A DNA stretch of 64,000 nt, from IMG/VR virus record IMGVR_UViG_3300033061_001635, positions 111,134-175,133 of that record; one strand, given 5' to 3'. The number at the start of each line of letters is the position of its first letter. The stretch's first letter is position 1. Positions 1 to 9,673 of this stretch are shown piece by piece. The DNA comes from a virus (lineage: Duplodnaviria; Caudoviricetes). The position numbers and the translations under genes were made by a program. The notes under the pieces were generated by a model. The model was not told the DNA's origin. It saw nothing but the letters and a program-made list of their open reading frames with translations, and made no database searches.

Positions 1-3000
1 ATCAAAATCAAAAACCATTTCTTTAAATGGGCCGGTCGAGTTATTGTTTGGGAATATTTCTCCATACTTTTTAAGTAGTCCGCCGCCTGATAATTTCTGA
101 ACCATCTTATCATTCTTTGGTTCTGGTATTCCATATTGTGCTCTAAAATATTTTTGAAATTCTTCAACAGCCTTGCCTCTACTATTACTATCTATTGTTC
201 TTTTAACTTCTGTTGGAATATTAGGATCAATACCAAATATTTTTGCCGCTTTAGGTCCGATGCCCATTGGAAAGTCGATTGGACGAGTTCTTAAAGCATC
301 GTCCAATATGGTAGCATCTGCTGATCCAAAAATTTGTTCTAGTAAAGCCCCTTCAATATTTCCTTGTCCTAATGTTTCTCTTTGTTTTTTAGTTAATTCT
401 TTAGGAGTAATACCAAGAAGTTTTGATGCTCCTTGTACTATTTCTGCTGTTTGTCCACTAAGATAATCAATAACATTTTGGAATTCTGTTGGTAATCCTC
501 TTTGTACTATGGAGGCATTTATTGACCTGTCTTTGCCGGACGAATCGGTGCCAAGATTCCAAGTTTCTGGACCTAATAATCCAGTATATCCTAATGGATT
601 TAATCCTACTAAACCTAATTGTGTCGATGACAAAACAGCATTTGTTGTATCTTTTAATGCTGTTGCTTTTTGAGTTCCTTGTGATTGTTTAAATTTATCT
701 ATTAAGTAATCTCTTGTTCTTGTATAGTAAGCTAATTTATCTGCTTTAGTTTCTGGTCTAAATGCAGAATTCCAATATTTTAATTTGCCACCTTCAGCAG
801 TATCAGATACTGTTTTTCCTGAGAATGGGCCAAAACTTGAATCATTTGGTAATCTTTCAGATCCAAATCTTTTTAATATCTCTGTTCCTTGAGCTGGTAA
901 TATTCCAGAAGATTTTTTAACAGCTGTTTCTGTAGCTACTTTTGCTAAAATAGCTTGTTGTATAGCGGAAGATGGACCAGTTGGAGATGATGATGAATCA
1001 GTATCAAATCTTAGTCCATATTTTGCAGGATCGCTGGTTGCTAACTGTCTAAGAAGGCGATATGGTTCAAATGATTTTTTAGTTTCTAGTTTTTTCTTTT
1101 TATCTTTTAAGGACCGATAAAGCTCTAGTTGAGCAGCATACTCTTTGTCTGTCTCTGCTTTTTTATTATCTGCGCGAGTTATTCCTGTTGCGGCCAACTG
1201 CTGGTCTATACCGGATACTTCTTCTTTGTATGCTGCTTCTGCTTGTTCTATTAGTGTTGGCAATACGTTGGATCTGTTCTGTAGTTGAACCATATTGTTT
1301 TTTAATAATGAAAATACCGAGGGGGAAACAACTTGTTGAAGACCCTCTAGATTTCCATTTAATACTAAATCCCTAACTTGTGTTCCACTTATTCCGCCTG
1401 TTCTTTTTAGATTAGAGACTCCATATCCTGCTTTTTTATATTTCTCCATTTGCTTTTCTGTCTTGTCTGCAACAAAAGCCATGCTTCCTTCACCAGCTAA
1501 TGTAATCTGTCTACGACCATCCTTTTCTCCCATATCAAAAGCTAAAGGAACACTCATATCTCCAAATGCCTTTGGTAGAACAGAGGCCCCCTTAGATCCG
1601 AATCCTGCTTTGGCCAGTGCTAATCTAAAATCTTTATCAAATACTGCTGTTCTATAATTTTCAGAATCTACAGCCTCATCGGATCCGACTAATGCTATAA
1701 AGTCTTCATAGGGTATGCCAGCAGCTTTGGCTGCTTCCATCATAGATTCGTGACCTACTGTTGTTGGAGCAAATCCTCCCCAAGTTAATCCTATTTTTTT
1801 CTTAGTTGCTTCTACTAGTTCATTTCCTGTTTTACGACGTAATCCACCGTCGTCTTTTCGTCCTAATACTACTGATTTAGAACCTATTCTATCTTCTAAT
1901 AAAGCTTCTTCTTTTGCCGTGTCTAATGGAGCCCCTGTTGTGCTACCAGCTGTTCTACCAAATAATCCAACACCACTAACGTCCCTCATTGTTCTTTGTT
2001 TAAGAATTCTATCTTTTTCTTCTTTTGTAGTAGACGATAATGTATAAGCTCTATCTACTTCCTGTAACATACCCTCTAACTTATCCTGAGAAACTGTGCT
2101 TGTAAGCAACATAACTTCTGAAGCTTTAGTTATATCTTCTGGGGTTAGGATAGGGAAGCGATTTGTTTGTCGTAGTGTTCCGTTATCGTTGGATCCTCTT
2201 CCGGTAACAATACTACTTTTACCAGCTCCGGCCACGCCATATAGTGCTTTTAGAGAGTTTAAACTTTTTTCTTTTCTGGCTTTGATGGCTAGATCAGTTA
2301 AATACTCCGTATAATTTCTTGGTCCATCAACACCGGCTTTTTTCATAGCCTGTTCAATAACTTGGGCATTTGCTGGATCATTAATTACATCAAAATCAAT
2401 ATATCCTAAATTTCTTGTAACCTTACCACCATCTGTATATTGTTGTCTTTGAATTCCAGCACTACCTAATAATTCATTTAGAGTAGAGTCTAATATTCCC
2501 TCCATATTAGAATCTAGCATTGGTCGTTTTTGAATTAGAGTTGTTAAAAATTCTTCTTTACCATTATCTTCTGCTTTATTTATAACATCTTGCTTAACTC
2601 CGCCCTTTAATAGTAAGTCAGTAATTTTAGGATTTATTGGTCGATATTCACGAGCATTTTTCTTTTTTTCAGCTTCAAAATATAATGCTGATCCTTCTTT
2701 AGAAACTTCAGGATTGTCCGATCTTCCCGTTCTTATCGTATCTCTTCTTAAATTGCTTAATACGCTATTAAGCATGTTGTTTTTATAGCTACGACCATAT
2801 ACAACATCGGCGCTATTATATCCGCCATCTTTCTCTGTTAGAGCATCAAAAGCATCAGCCAATCCATCATTATCACCAGAGAATAATTGACTTACTCTAT
2901 TTCTATATTGATCAAAAGCGCCTGATGATTGTGTCCTTATTGAATTTAATAATTGATGTGTTAATTCATGATATAATGTATTTTTTTCTTGATTTGGGAA

Positions 3001-5988
3001 ATATCTGGTGCTACTTAAACCCACTGTTCCTCGTCCGGTAGTTTCGGTAATTTCTTTTTTAGCCGCCATTGCTGCTTTTCTAGCATAAGCTTGTTTATCT
3101 TTCACTTTAGATATTTGCATAGTTAATGCAGATTTTTCATCATAAGCCTTTTTAAATGCAGCATCATCAATTGAAAAAGATCCATCATCAAAAGTTTTTG
3201 TTGGCGTTTTCATTATCTTCTTAATTTCTTTTTCTTTTTCCTCCCATAATTTTTGATAGCCATATAGATCTTGTTCATCGGCCGTGGTGAACCCATACTG
3301 AGATAAATCTAACTTATCAAAATCTCTAGCGCCATAAGGATTTGCATAAAAAGTACCACGAGAACTAACGTTTTGTCCTACTCCACCAAAATCAATATTT
3401 TGTGGTAAAACTTTAGACAAATCCTGTTCTGGTAAACCTATATATTTAGCAAAATTTGCTAGATCGCCCACTAAATCATTTCGTCTAATTTTAGTCTTAA
3501 ACAAACTTTCAAATTTTTTGCGATCAAAAGCTTGTGACTTAAAATGTTCAGCAACTGCATTCTGATCAACATTTATTCTTTCATCTTTTGGATATTGATC
3601 CCACGCTAATGATACTTGTTCATCATTTAACTTCTTTTCCATTTCTTTAACATAAGCGTTCGTAATGCGCTTGGGAAATTTGGTTTGTCCTGTACCGAAT
3701 GGGGTTGATTCTGCTTTTCCTCCGGCCATGAATCTTTGAATTCTTCCTCCAAGATTTTTTTTATCAAACTTTTTTGGATCTTGTTCAATTAATCTTTTAT
3801 TCTGCTTACCCTCTGGTAATGACAGATACTCTGCCTTAGTTATAGTTTCTGCTCGCTTCGGTCCTGTACCAGAATATGAAAAACCTAATCCTTTATCTAT
3901 TAAGTTCTGTTTTAGATTATCGTCAACAAAAAGCGGTCTCCCACTACGTTCTTTATCTGTCTGTTGACTATATCCTTTAGTAAAATTCTCTGTTACATTT
4001 TTACCTTTTGTATATTGTGTTTCAGTTAATTTTTTTGCTTCAAGAGCAAGATTTTTTTTCCATTTTTGGTTACTTCTCATTTCAAATGTATCAACTCCGA
4101 CAAGTCTACTACTAGTATCATATGCCGAAGTTTTTGGTGTGAACTTTACTACTGGACTGTCTCCGTCGTAAACATGGTCAACAACCACATTTAATGGCTC
4201 TGGGGCTTTTCCTCCACCGCCAAATCTTTGTCTTTTATTTGATTTTCCTGCTCTTATACTTCCACCACCCCCATACTTATTCATATTATGAAGATTATCT
4301 GATCCTATAGTTTCAACAGCTTTCTTTCTTATAACAAATTCTCCTGGCTCTAACATTGCTGGTACAGTATCTCCACTGCCAGTACCAGGAACAACACCAC
4401 CTCGTGCAAATTTTCTTATAACTCCGCCATTAGCTTTACCATCTGGTCCTCTTTTAACTCCTGTGGTAAATCCTGTAGTAAATTCTGTTAATGCTTTAAA
4501 TCCCTTAAATGCTGCAAGAACTGCTAATGCTGGAAGAATTCCTTTAACGGCGTCTGCTACTTTTATCAAACCGCTAGTTAAAGATAATGCACCTCTAACT
4601 AAACTCTGAAATCCTTTAGATTGACCTATCTCACGAAATAGTGAGAAAAATTCTTCACGAACTTTGCTTATTTGATTTGCTAAACTAAGTTGTGCTGTAG
4701 CAGCATCTTTAGCCAGAGATGCCTGTCCTTGTTGTGCAACCTTTAATGCCTGCTGGGTCACAGTGAATTGTTGAATAAGAGGAATAACTTTGCCAATTTG
4801 ACGAAATCCACCAAGTTCTTCAACTATTCTGGAAAAATCTAAACTTCTAGGATCTATCTTGCCTAGTCCTTTGCTTAATAATTCAACGGCTTTATATGCT
4901 CCAACAAATTTACCTTCTGTGTCTGTTAGATTAACACCAAACTCTTTTAGCGCATCTATTGTTGTTCCTCTTTGAACACGAGTAAATATTGTCCGCAATC
5001 CAGTAGCAATAGTTTCAGCACTTTCACGACTAGTTGCTCTAATACTAGTAAATACCGAAATGAATTCATTTAAAGCGTCTTTTCCTTCGCTTACTCCTTT
5101 GCTCGCAGTAGCAAATACGCTACCTGTTCTTTGTACAGCCGTAATGATGTCGCTGGATTCTACTGCGAATCTTGCGGCAACAGCATTAACTGCTCCTAAT
5201 GATGCCTCCAAATCATTAGCGCTAATACCAAACTGTCTCATTATAGCAATACTGCCTTCGACAGTCTCATTCATATTATCGAATGATGGAGCTAAGCTAC
5301 TAAGAGCTAAAGCCTTTAGAGCTTTCTCAGTTTCTCTAGCACTCAAACCAGCCTGAGCTAATGTTGATGCTACTTGAGTTAACTCTTTAGAACTAACACC
5401 AAATTCTACAGCTAAATTAGTAATTTGAGATTGCAGTTTGGATAATCCAGCAGCAGATTCACCAGTAACTTGTTGTAGCTTTACAAGTTCTTTATCATAA
5501 TCAATAAAAGCTTGTATACCATTATTTATACTATTGGTTACGCCATATATAACGCTTGTAACAGCACTAAATGCAACGAATCTTCTAACTGCTAAACCAG
5601 CCTGTTTACCGAATTCCTGCATCTCTGTTGCGGCATTTTGCAATCCTCCAGATGTTGATGAGGATACTTTATTTAATTTAGCAATTGCTGACGAAGTTTG
5701 ATTAATTTGTTGAGGGACATTGTTAATTTTAACAGAATTTACGCTATTACCAAAAGCCTTTATTGCTGATGTGGCAGCATTGGCTGATTTGACAGTTGAG
5801 GCAAAATTAGCATTTAGAACTTTTAATGAAGACGATAATGCTGCAACATTTTTTGATGCTGCCGGATCAAGTTTAAACTGTACGTTTGCATTAAGAGTGC
5901 CAAGATCTTTTTTAATCTGAGCAGCTATTTGCTTAACGTTTGTTGGACCTTTAAGATTCAACTGTGCTGTTAGGTTAAAAGTTGCCAT
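1..5988 (-). CDS. Giant tape measure protein (TP901-type core) with C-terminal enzyme-like cargo domains; 3' end beyond the window
   Basis: ATG at 5988 (MATFNLTAQLNLKGP...). Every segment translated by hand was stop-free, and no minus-strand ORF closes in 1-5988 in the track. The core has TMP-like text (ETIATGLRTIFTR, LKEFGVNL, GGFRQIGKVIPLI) and lies downstream of tail tube and chaperone genes. Later motifs: YDGDS/RLVGVDTFE, HELTH, GVAGAGKS, GGFAPTTVGH/ISGTQVR. Confidence 0.9.
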   Translation of the reverse strand, partial: MATFNLTAQLNLKGPTNVKQIAAQIKKDLGTLNANVQFKLDPAASKNVAALSSSLKVLNANFASTVKSANAATSAIKAFGNSVNSVKINNVPQQINQTSSAIAKLNKVSSSTSGGLQNAATEMQEFGKQAGLAVRRFVAFSAVTSVIYGVTNSINNGIQAFIDYDKELVKLQQVTGESAAGLSKLQSQITNLAVEFGVSSKELTQVASTLAQAGLSARETEKALKALALSSLAPSFDNMNETVEGSIAIMRQFGISANDLEASLGAVNAVAARFAVESSDIITAVQRTGSVFATASKGVSEGKDALNEFISVFTSIRATSRESAETIATGLRTIFTRVQRGTTIDALKEFGVNLTDTEGKFVGAYKAVELLSKGLGKIDPRSLDFSRIVEELGGFRQIGKVIPLIQQFTVTQQALKVAQQGQASLAKDAATAQLSLANQISKVREEFFSLFREIGQSKGFQSLVRGALSLTSGLIKVADAVKGILPALAVLAAFKGFKALTEFTTGFTTGVKRGPDGKANGGVIRKFARGGVVPGTGSGDTVPAMLEPGEFVIRKKAVETIGSDNLHNMNKYGGGGSIRAGKSNKRQRFGGGGKAPEPLNVVVDHVYDGDSPVVKFTPKTSAYDTSSRLVGVDTFEMRSNQKWKKNLALEAKKLTETQYTKGKNVTENFTKGYSQQTDKERSGRPLFVDDNLKQNLIDKGLGFSYSGTGPKRAETITKAEYLSLPEGKQNKRLIEQDPKKFDKKNLGGRIQRFMAGGKAESTPFGTGQTKFPKRITNAYVKEMEKKLNDEQVSLAWDQYPKDERINVDQNAVAEHFKSQAFDRKKFESLFKTKIRRNDLVGDLANFAKYIGLPEQDLSKVLPQNIDFGGVGQNVSSRGTFYANPYGARDFDKLDLSQYGFTTADEQDLYGYQKLWEEKEKEIKKIMKTPTKTFDDGSFSIDDAAFKKAYDEKSALTMQISKVKDKQAYARKAAMAAKKEITETTGRGTVGLSSTRYFPNQEKNTLYHELTHQLLNSIRTQSSGAFDQYRNRVSQLFSGDNDGLADAFDALTEKDGGYNSADVVYGRSYKNNMLNSVLSNLRRDTIRTGRSDNPEVSKEGSALYFEAEKKKNAREYRPINPKITDLLLKGGVKQDVINKAEDNGKEEFLTTLIQKRPMLDSNMEGILDSTLNELLGSAGIQRQQYTDGGKVTRNLGYIDFDVINDPANAQVIEQAMKKAGVDGPRNYTEYLTDLAIKARKEKSLNSLKALYGVAGAGKSSIVTGRGSNDNGTLRQTNRFPILTPEDITKASEVMLLTSTVSQDKLEGMLQEVDRAYTLSSTTKEEKDRILKQRTMRDVSGVGLFGRTAGSTTGAPLDTAKEEALLEDRIGSKSVVLGRKDDGGLRRKTGNELVEATKKKIGLTWGGFAPTTVGHESMMEAAKAAGIPYEDFIALVGSDEAVDSENYRTAVFDKDFRLALAKAGFGSKGASVLPKAFGDMSVPLAFDMGEKDGRRQITLAGEGSMAFVADKTEKQMEKYKKAGYGVSNLKRTGGISGTQVRDLVLNGNLEGLQQVVSPSVFSLLKNNMVQLQNRSNVLPTLIEQAEAAYKEEVSGIDQQLAATGITRADNKKAETDKEYAAQLELYRSLKDKKKKLETKKSFEPYRLLRQLATSDPAKYGLRFDTDSSSSPTGPSSAIQQAILAKVATETAVKKSSGILPAQGTEILKRFGSERLPNDSSFGPFSGKTVSDTAEGGKLKYWNSAFRPETKADKLAYYTRTRDYLIDKFKQSQGTQKATALKDTTNAVLSSTQLGLVGLNPLGYTGLLGPETWNLGTDSSGKDRSINASIVQRGLPTEFQNVIDYLSGQTAEIVQGASKLLGITPKELTKKQRETLGQGNIEGALLEQIFGSADATILDDALRTRPIDFPMGIGPKAAKIFGIDPNIPTEVKRTIDSNSRGKAVEEFQKYFRAQYGIPEPKNDKMVQKLSGGGLLKKYGEIFPNNNSTGPFKEMVFDFD

Positions 5989-6021
5989 AATATTATCCTA
6001 TAAAGAATTAACGATCCAAAA

Positions 6022-6063
6022 AAATATTCCCAACCACAAGGATAAACTCATGGTTAGGAATAT
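6022..6063 (-). terminator. Hairpin/putative terminator between the chaperone gene and the TMP
   Basis: Inverted repeat ATATTCC-AACCA...TGGTT-GGAATAT followed by a T-run on the minus strand. Confidence 0.4.
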
Positions 6064-6089
6064 CTATTAAATTAATACTATTAATCTTA

Positions 6090-6998
6090 TTATGAACTAA
6101 CGGGTTCTGTGGATTCTGCAACAGTGCTTTTGGGTGGTTCAGAAACTGGGGGCTCTTTTGCTGTCTCTGTTTGTGCTGCTGTTGGTTCATCTTTTTTGTC
6201 TTCTTCTAAAATAATTGGATTTCCATTATCATCAAGGAACGGCTGAGGGTCAACCAGATAGTCTCCATCAGAATTTACCTTGTTGCCATATTTATCAACA
6301 AAATTCCCTTCTTCATCTATGAATCTGCCACTTTCATCTACTAGCCTACCTTCAGCATCAACAAGTCTACCTTTTTTATCAACAAGTCGCAATTTATCAT
6401 CAACAAATTTAAATTTCTTTAAGAATTTGTTTTCTGGCAGATTGCTTTCATAGTCATTATCCAATCCATATAACATATTAGCCAAATTTTGCGCTCCTAA
6501 CAAACCAACCTGATCGGTTGACCTATTAAGATAATCTTCCATATTATTAAAGTATGGTTGTTTAGTATCATTATACACCACACAAACACTAACCAAATAA
6601 TTAAACCTAGCATTATCAGCTTGACCTTCAGCACTATGATTATCTAAACTAGTTCTAACACTGATTAGATCTCGTATTTCATCTCTAATGCCCTTCATTT
6701 TAATAGCTAGGTCTTTGGCTTCATTTAAACTAAATCCACCCTTTGCTAGTCTTTTTTCACCGTCTAAAAGTTCTTTTTGTAAAGTGGTGAATTTAGCCTG
6801 TTTCTCATCATTCCATAAACCTTGATCTTCTAAAAGATCGTCTAACTTTGCTCTTACAACACTTTTGCTTTTTATAGCATCAGTAAAAGCTTGATTATAG
6901 ACTTTTTGTGCTTCTCTTTGATCATTTAATGATGGTGTCTTGACAACAAATTCTTTTTCTGTACCGTCTATAGTAACCTTAAAATTTTTAGTTTTCAT
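6090..6998 (-). CDS. Putative tail assembly chaperone
   Basis: 302 aa, charged and helical, immediately upstream of the TMP; call is from synteny. Confidence 0.55.
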   Translation of the reverse strand: MKTKNFKVTIDGTEKEFVVKTPSLNDQREAQKVYNQAFTDAIKSKSVVRAKLDDLLEDQGLWNDEKQAKFTTLQKELLDGEKRLAKGGFSLNEAKDLAIKMKGIRDEIRDLISVRTSLDNHSAEGQADNARFNYLVSVCVVYNDTKQPYFNNMEDYLNRSTDQVGLLGAQNLANMLYGLDNDYESNLPENKFLKKFKFVDDKLRLVDKKGRLVDAEGRLVDESGRFIDEEGNFVDKYGNKVNSDGDYLVDPQPFLDDNGNPIILEEDKKDEPTAAQTETAKEPPVSEPPKSTVAESTEPVSS

Positions 6999-7281
6999 AT
7001 TTATCTCCTATTTCCTTATTATTAAAATTATATGTTTGTTTAGTTTTATACGATCTATATAACATAGATGATAGAGTCTCCAATGCTAATCTTATTTGTT
7101 TATTTCCATTATTCAAAATGGAATTTCTGGTATACTCCCAAAGGTCTATATATTCTTGCTGATCTGGTCCTGGTTCTTCCCACAAATGACCAAAAGATTG
7201 TTCGAATCTTGCTAATGAACCTATCATAGTTGTTTTTAATCGTGTTTCGATTTCAGTAATTAGTTGTTGTTGATAATCCAT
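6988..7281 (-). CDS. Hypothetical protein (tail module)
   Basis: 97-aa ORF tightly coupled with its neighbours. Confidence 0.6.
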   Translation of the reverse strand: MDYQQQLITEIETRLKTTMIGSLARFEQSFGHLWEEPGPDQQEYIDLWEYTRNSILNNGNKQIRLALETLSSMLYRSYKTKQTYNFNNKEIGDKYEN

Positions 7282-7284
7282 AAA

Positions 7285-8298
7285 TTAATTCCTATTTTTA
7301 GCCTCTTTTTGAATATCTGGTAATTCTGTATGTTCTATATGTTGATATTTATTAATTACATGTTCTCTGTGAGCAATATCCATCATTGCTTCATCAGAAT
7401 TCATTGACATAACTTCTTGGATGCCCTCCTCAGAATCTGTAAAAATAAATACTTCTTGTGCTTTACCCAATTTATTATTTGTTTTTAATATATCATCTTG
7501 TTTCTTTGATTTTTCTATTGCTCTGCGTTGTATTATCATCCATCCATCAAGCATATCATCATCGCTGATAACGTTATCTGTAGGTTTTTCGGGATGCTCA
7601 TATACACTGTCATACATCATGCTATAGCTGACTATAGTTAATTGTTCTTCTGTCCATTCTGATACTGCATTTTTAAATATGTTAGTTTTTCCAACATTCC
7701 ACAAAGATCTCCACAAATCAGATTTAGCGATTTTTCTATAATCTGATACAGAAAGTCCGTGCTTGTCTATTTCTGATACAATATTAGTAAATTTATTTAA
7801 TGAATTGTTTAATGATTTGAATTTGTCAAAAGCTTTTTTACCATTATGGTAAATAGTATTAACCATTATGAATTCATTTTTTATACTTTCAGCATATCCC
7901 TCTAGTGTTTGCATATAGTATGTTTGTTTGATTCCGTTTAGCTGTCCTAGTCTGGATCTTATATTATTTAATTGTAATTTTGTTCTATTTGTTAGCTTTG
8001 CATTAAGTCTATTGTTATATAATGATACTTTAAGATTATCTATTTCTTTTTCTGATTTTTTCATAAATGCTGTCATCTCAGATTCCCACACTCCCATATA
8101 CTGCATATATTTATCTAAATTCTCTAATCTGATCCATTCATTATATTTTTCATCATTAATAATAGATTCATAAATTAAATGAGCTTTATATTTTAATATT
8201 GGTTTAGGAAATGTCAATACATATTTTCTCTTATTATAAGAAAATAATAATTTTCCAGACAATATTCTATATACATCCCTCTCTAATTCTTGCACCAT
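7285..8298 (-). CDS. Hypothetical protein, possible second tail chaperone
   Basis: 337-aa ORF between tail tube genes and TMP; C-terminal YDSVYEHPEKP...DDDMLDGW motif. Confidence 0.5.
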   Translation of the reverse strand: MVQELERDVYRILSGKLLFSYNKRKYVLTFPKPILKYKAHLIYESIINDEKYNEWIRLENLDKYMQYMGVWESEMTAFMKKSEKEIDNLKVSLYNNRLNAKLTNRTKLQLNNIRSRLGQLNGIKQTYYMQTLEGYAESIKNEFIMVNTIYHNGKKAFDKFKSLNNSLNKFTNIVSEIDKHGLSVSDYRKIAKSDLWRSLWNVGKTNIFKNAVSEWTEEQLTIVSYSMMYDSVYEHPEKPTDNVISDDDMLDGWMIIQRRAIEKSKKQDDILKTNNKLGKAQEVFIFTDSEEGIQEVMSMNSDEAMMDIAHREHVINKYQHIEHTELPDIQKEAKNRN

Positions 8299-8535
8299 AT
8301 CATTATATTATTTTTCCATATTATCCTTAGGACTATTTACTAATTTACTTTTGAGCGCCAAGATTTCTCCGTCCTTAATTTTGATTTGTTCCTGGAGATT
8401 TTCTAAAAACTTTTGAGCATGATACATATCTGTATACAATTTTCCTATTATTTGAAATAATTCATCCATTTTAATCCTAAATCCTTGTTCTTATTCTATA
8501 AATTCCTAATTACCATTAAATTAAATATAATTTTA

Positions 8536-9648
8536 TTATACTGCTGGTACGACCGAGTAACTGCCGGTGGCTCTCACATAAAAATCATTATAATTTCTGA
8601 AACCATAAGTAATAGTAAGATTTCCACCACCAGTGTCACCACCAGCATAATTAACAGATGTTAGTTTATTACCAGAGCCTAAAAAGAACTGTAAACTATT
8701 ATTATCTGAAGTAGGACTACCACTACCACAAATTTTTAATCTAATGGGGAATTCGGTTAGGTTATTATAGTTAACACCACAGCCGCTACTAAATATAAAA
8801 TCATTTGCGGTAATATAGTCTCCAACCTGACCAATAATTTCAAATTCACTAGTAACTTCAACTGGGAAAGTAGCATATCTATAGTAAGGAGCCAACTGAC
8901 CAAGTTCATTAATTTGTTCACGACCAAGATTTGCTGCTATTGTTATATTCTGTAAGTATAAATCAACATCAGTACCAGTTGGCAAACCACCACTTTTAAA
9001 TACTCCATCAAATCCTGTTGGCAGTACCGACTCGCTAATATTTATATACTGTCTACGAGCTAATTTATTAGCTGTTTTATTTATTGTTGCAGCTGTCATG
9101 GTTGTCATAGTGTCAGTATTGTTCTTGGCCCATTTTTTATTATTTCCAACTAATGTGATTTCTTCAGTAGCATTTCCATCTACTGGGAAAGTATAGTTTA
9201 AACTGGATAAATACATTGGTTCGCATAAAACCCAATCGGTTGTTGTGCTACTAACTGTAGACTTAGTATCACTATATATTCCTAGTCTAAAATCTACAGT
9301 ATTAAAAGCTAGCCCAGCGAAACCTTTAGTTTTAAGTTGTGTTGAGTCGGTGAAACTTGTAGTATTAGCTCCTCCAATACCGCCCTCTCCACCCATAGCC
9401 ATTAAATATAGAGGACATGTACCGTCTAGGGCTTTATTAATAGTAACTTCAACTTCTGGAGTATTTTCGCTAATAGCATAAATATCTATAGCTCCTAATT
9501 GGAAAGCCTGCTCAGTAGATAGCGTATTATTGAATCCTACGCTCTGAACACCTTGAGGCTGATACCATGACCCATACTTATTGCCTGTTGTTCCAGGCTT
9601 TAATTGAGCTATCTGTGAGCCGTAAAAAATTCTATTATTATTACCCAT
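8536..9648 (-). CDS. Tail tube/major tail protein paralogue 3
   Basis: Shares NRIFY..Q, G.QSVG, PEVEVT, FPVDGNATE.ITL.G and VNYAGGDTGGGN with the two upstream ORFs; position in the tail module. Confidence 0.7.
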   Translation of the reverse strand: MGNNNRIFYGSQIAQLKPGTTGNKYGSWYQPQGVQSVGFNNTLSTEQAFQLGAIDIYAISENTPEVEVTINKALDGTCPLYLMAMGGEGGIGGANTTSFTDSTQLKTKGFAGLAFNTVDFRLGIYSDTKSTVSSTTTDWVLCEPMYLSSLNYTFPVDGNATEEITLVGNNKKWAKNNTDTMTTMTAATINKTANKLARRQYINISESVLPTGFDGVFKSGGLPTGTDVDLYLQNITIAANLGREQINELGQLAPYYRYATFPVEVTSEFEIIGQVGDYITANDFIFSSGCGVNYNNLTEFPIRLKICGSGSPTSDNNSLQFFLGSGNKLTSVNYAGGDTGGGNLTITYGFRNYNDFYVRATGSYSVVPAV

Positions 9649-9673
9649 TTAAAAACTCCTATTTAATTGATGT

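Noticed and set aside
173-5920. Plus-strand ORFs listed in the track over 173-5920
   Set aside because: Antisense shadows of the minus-strand TMP frame
6090-8298. Programmed frameshift between tail chaperones
   Set aside because: No convincing slippery site linking the frames could be identified by eye
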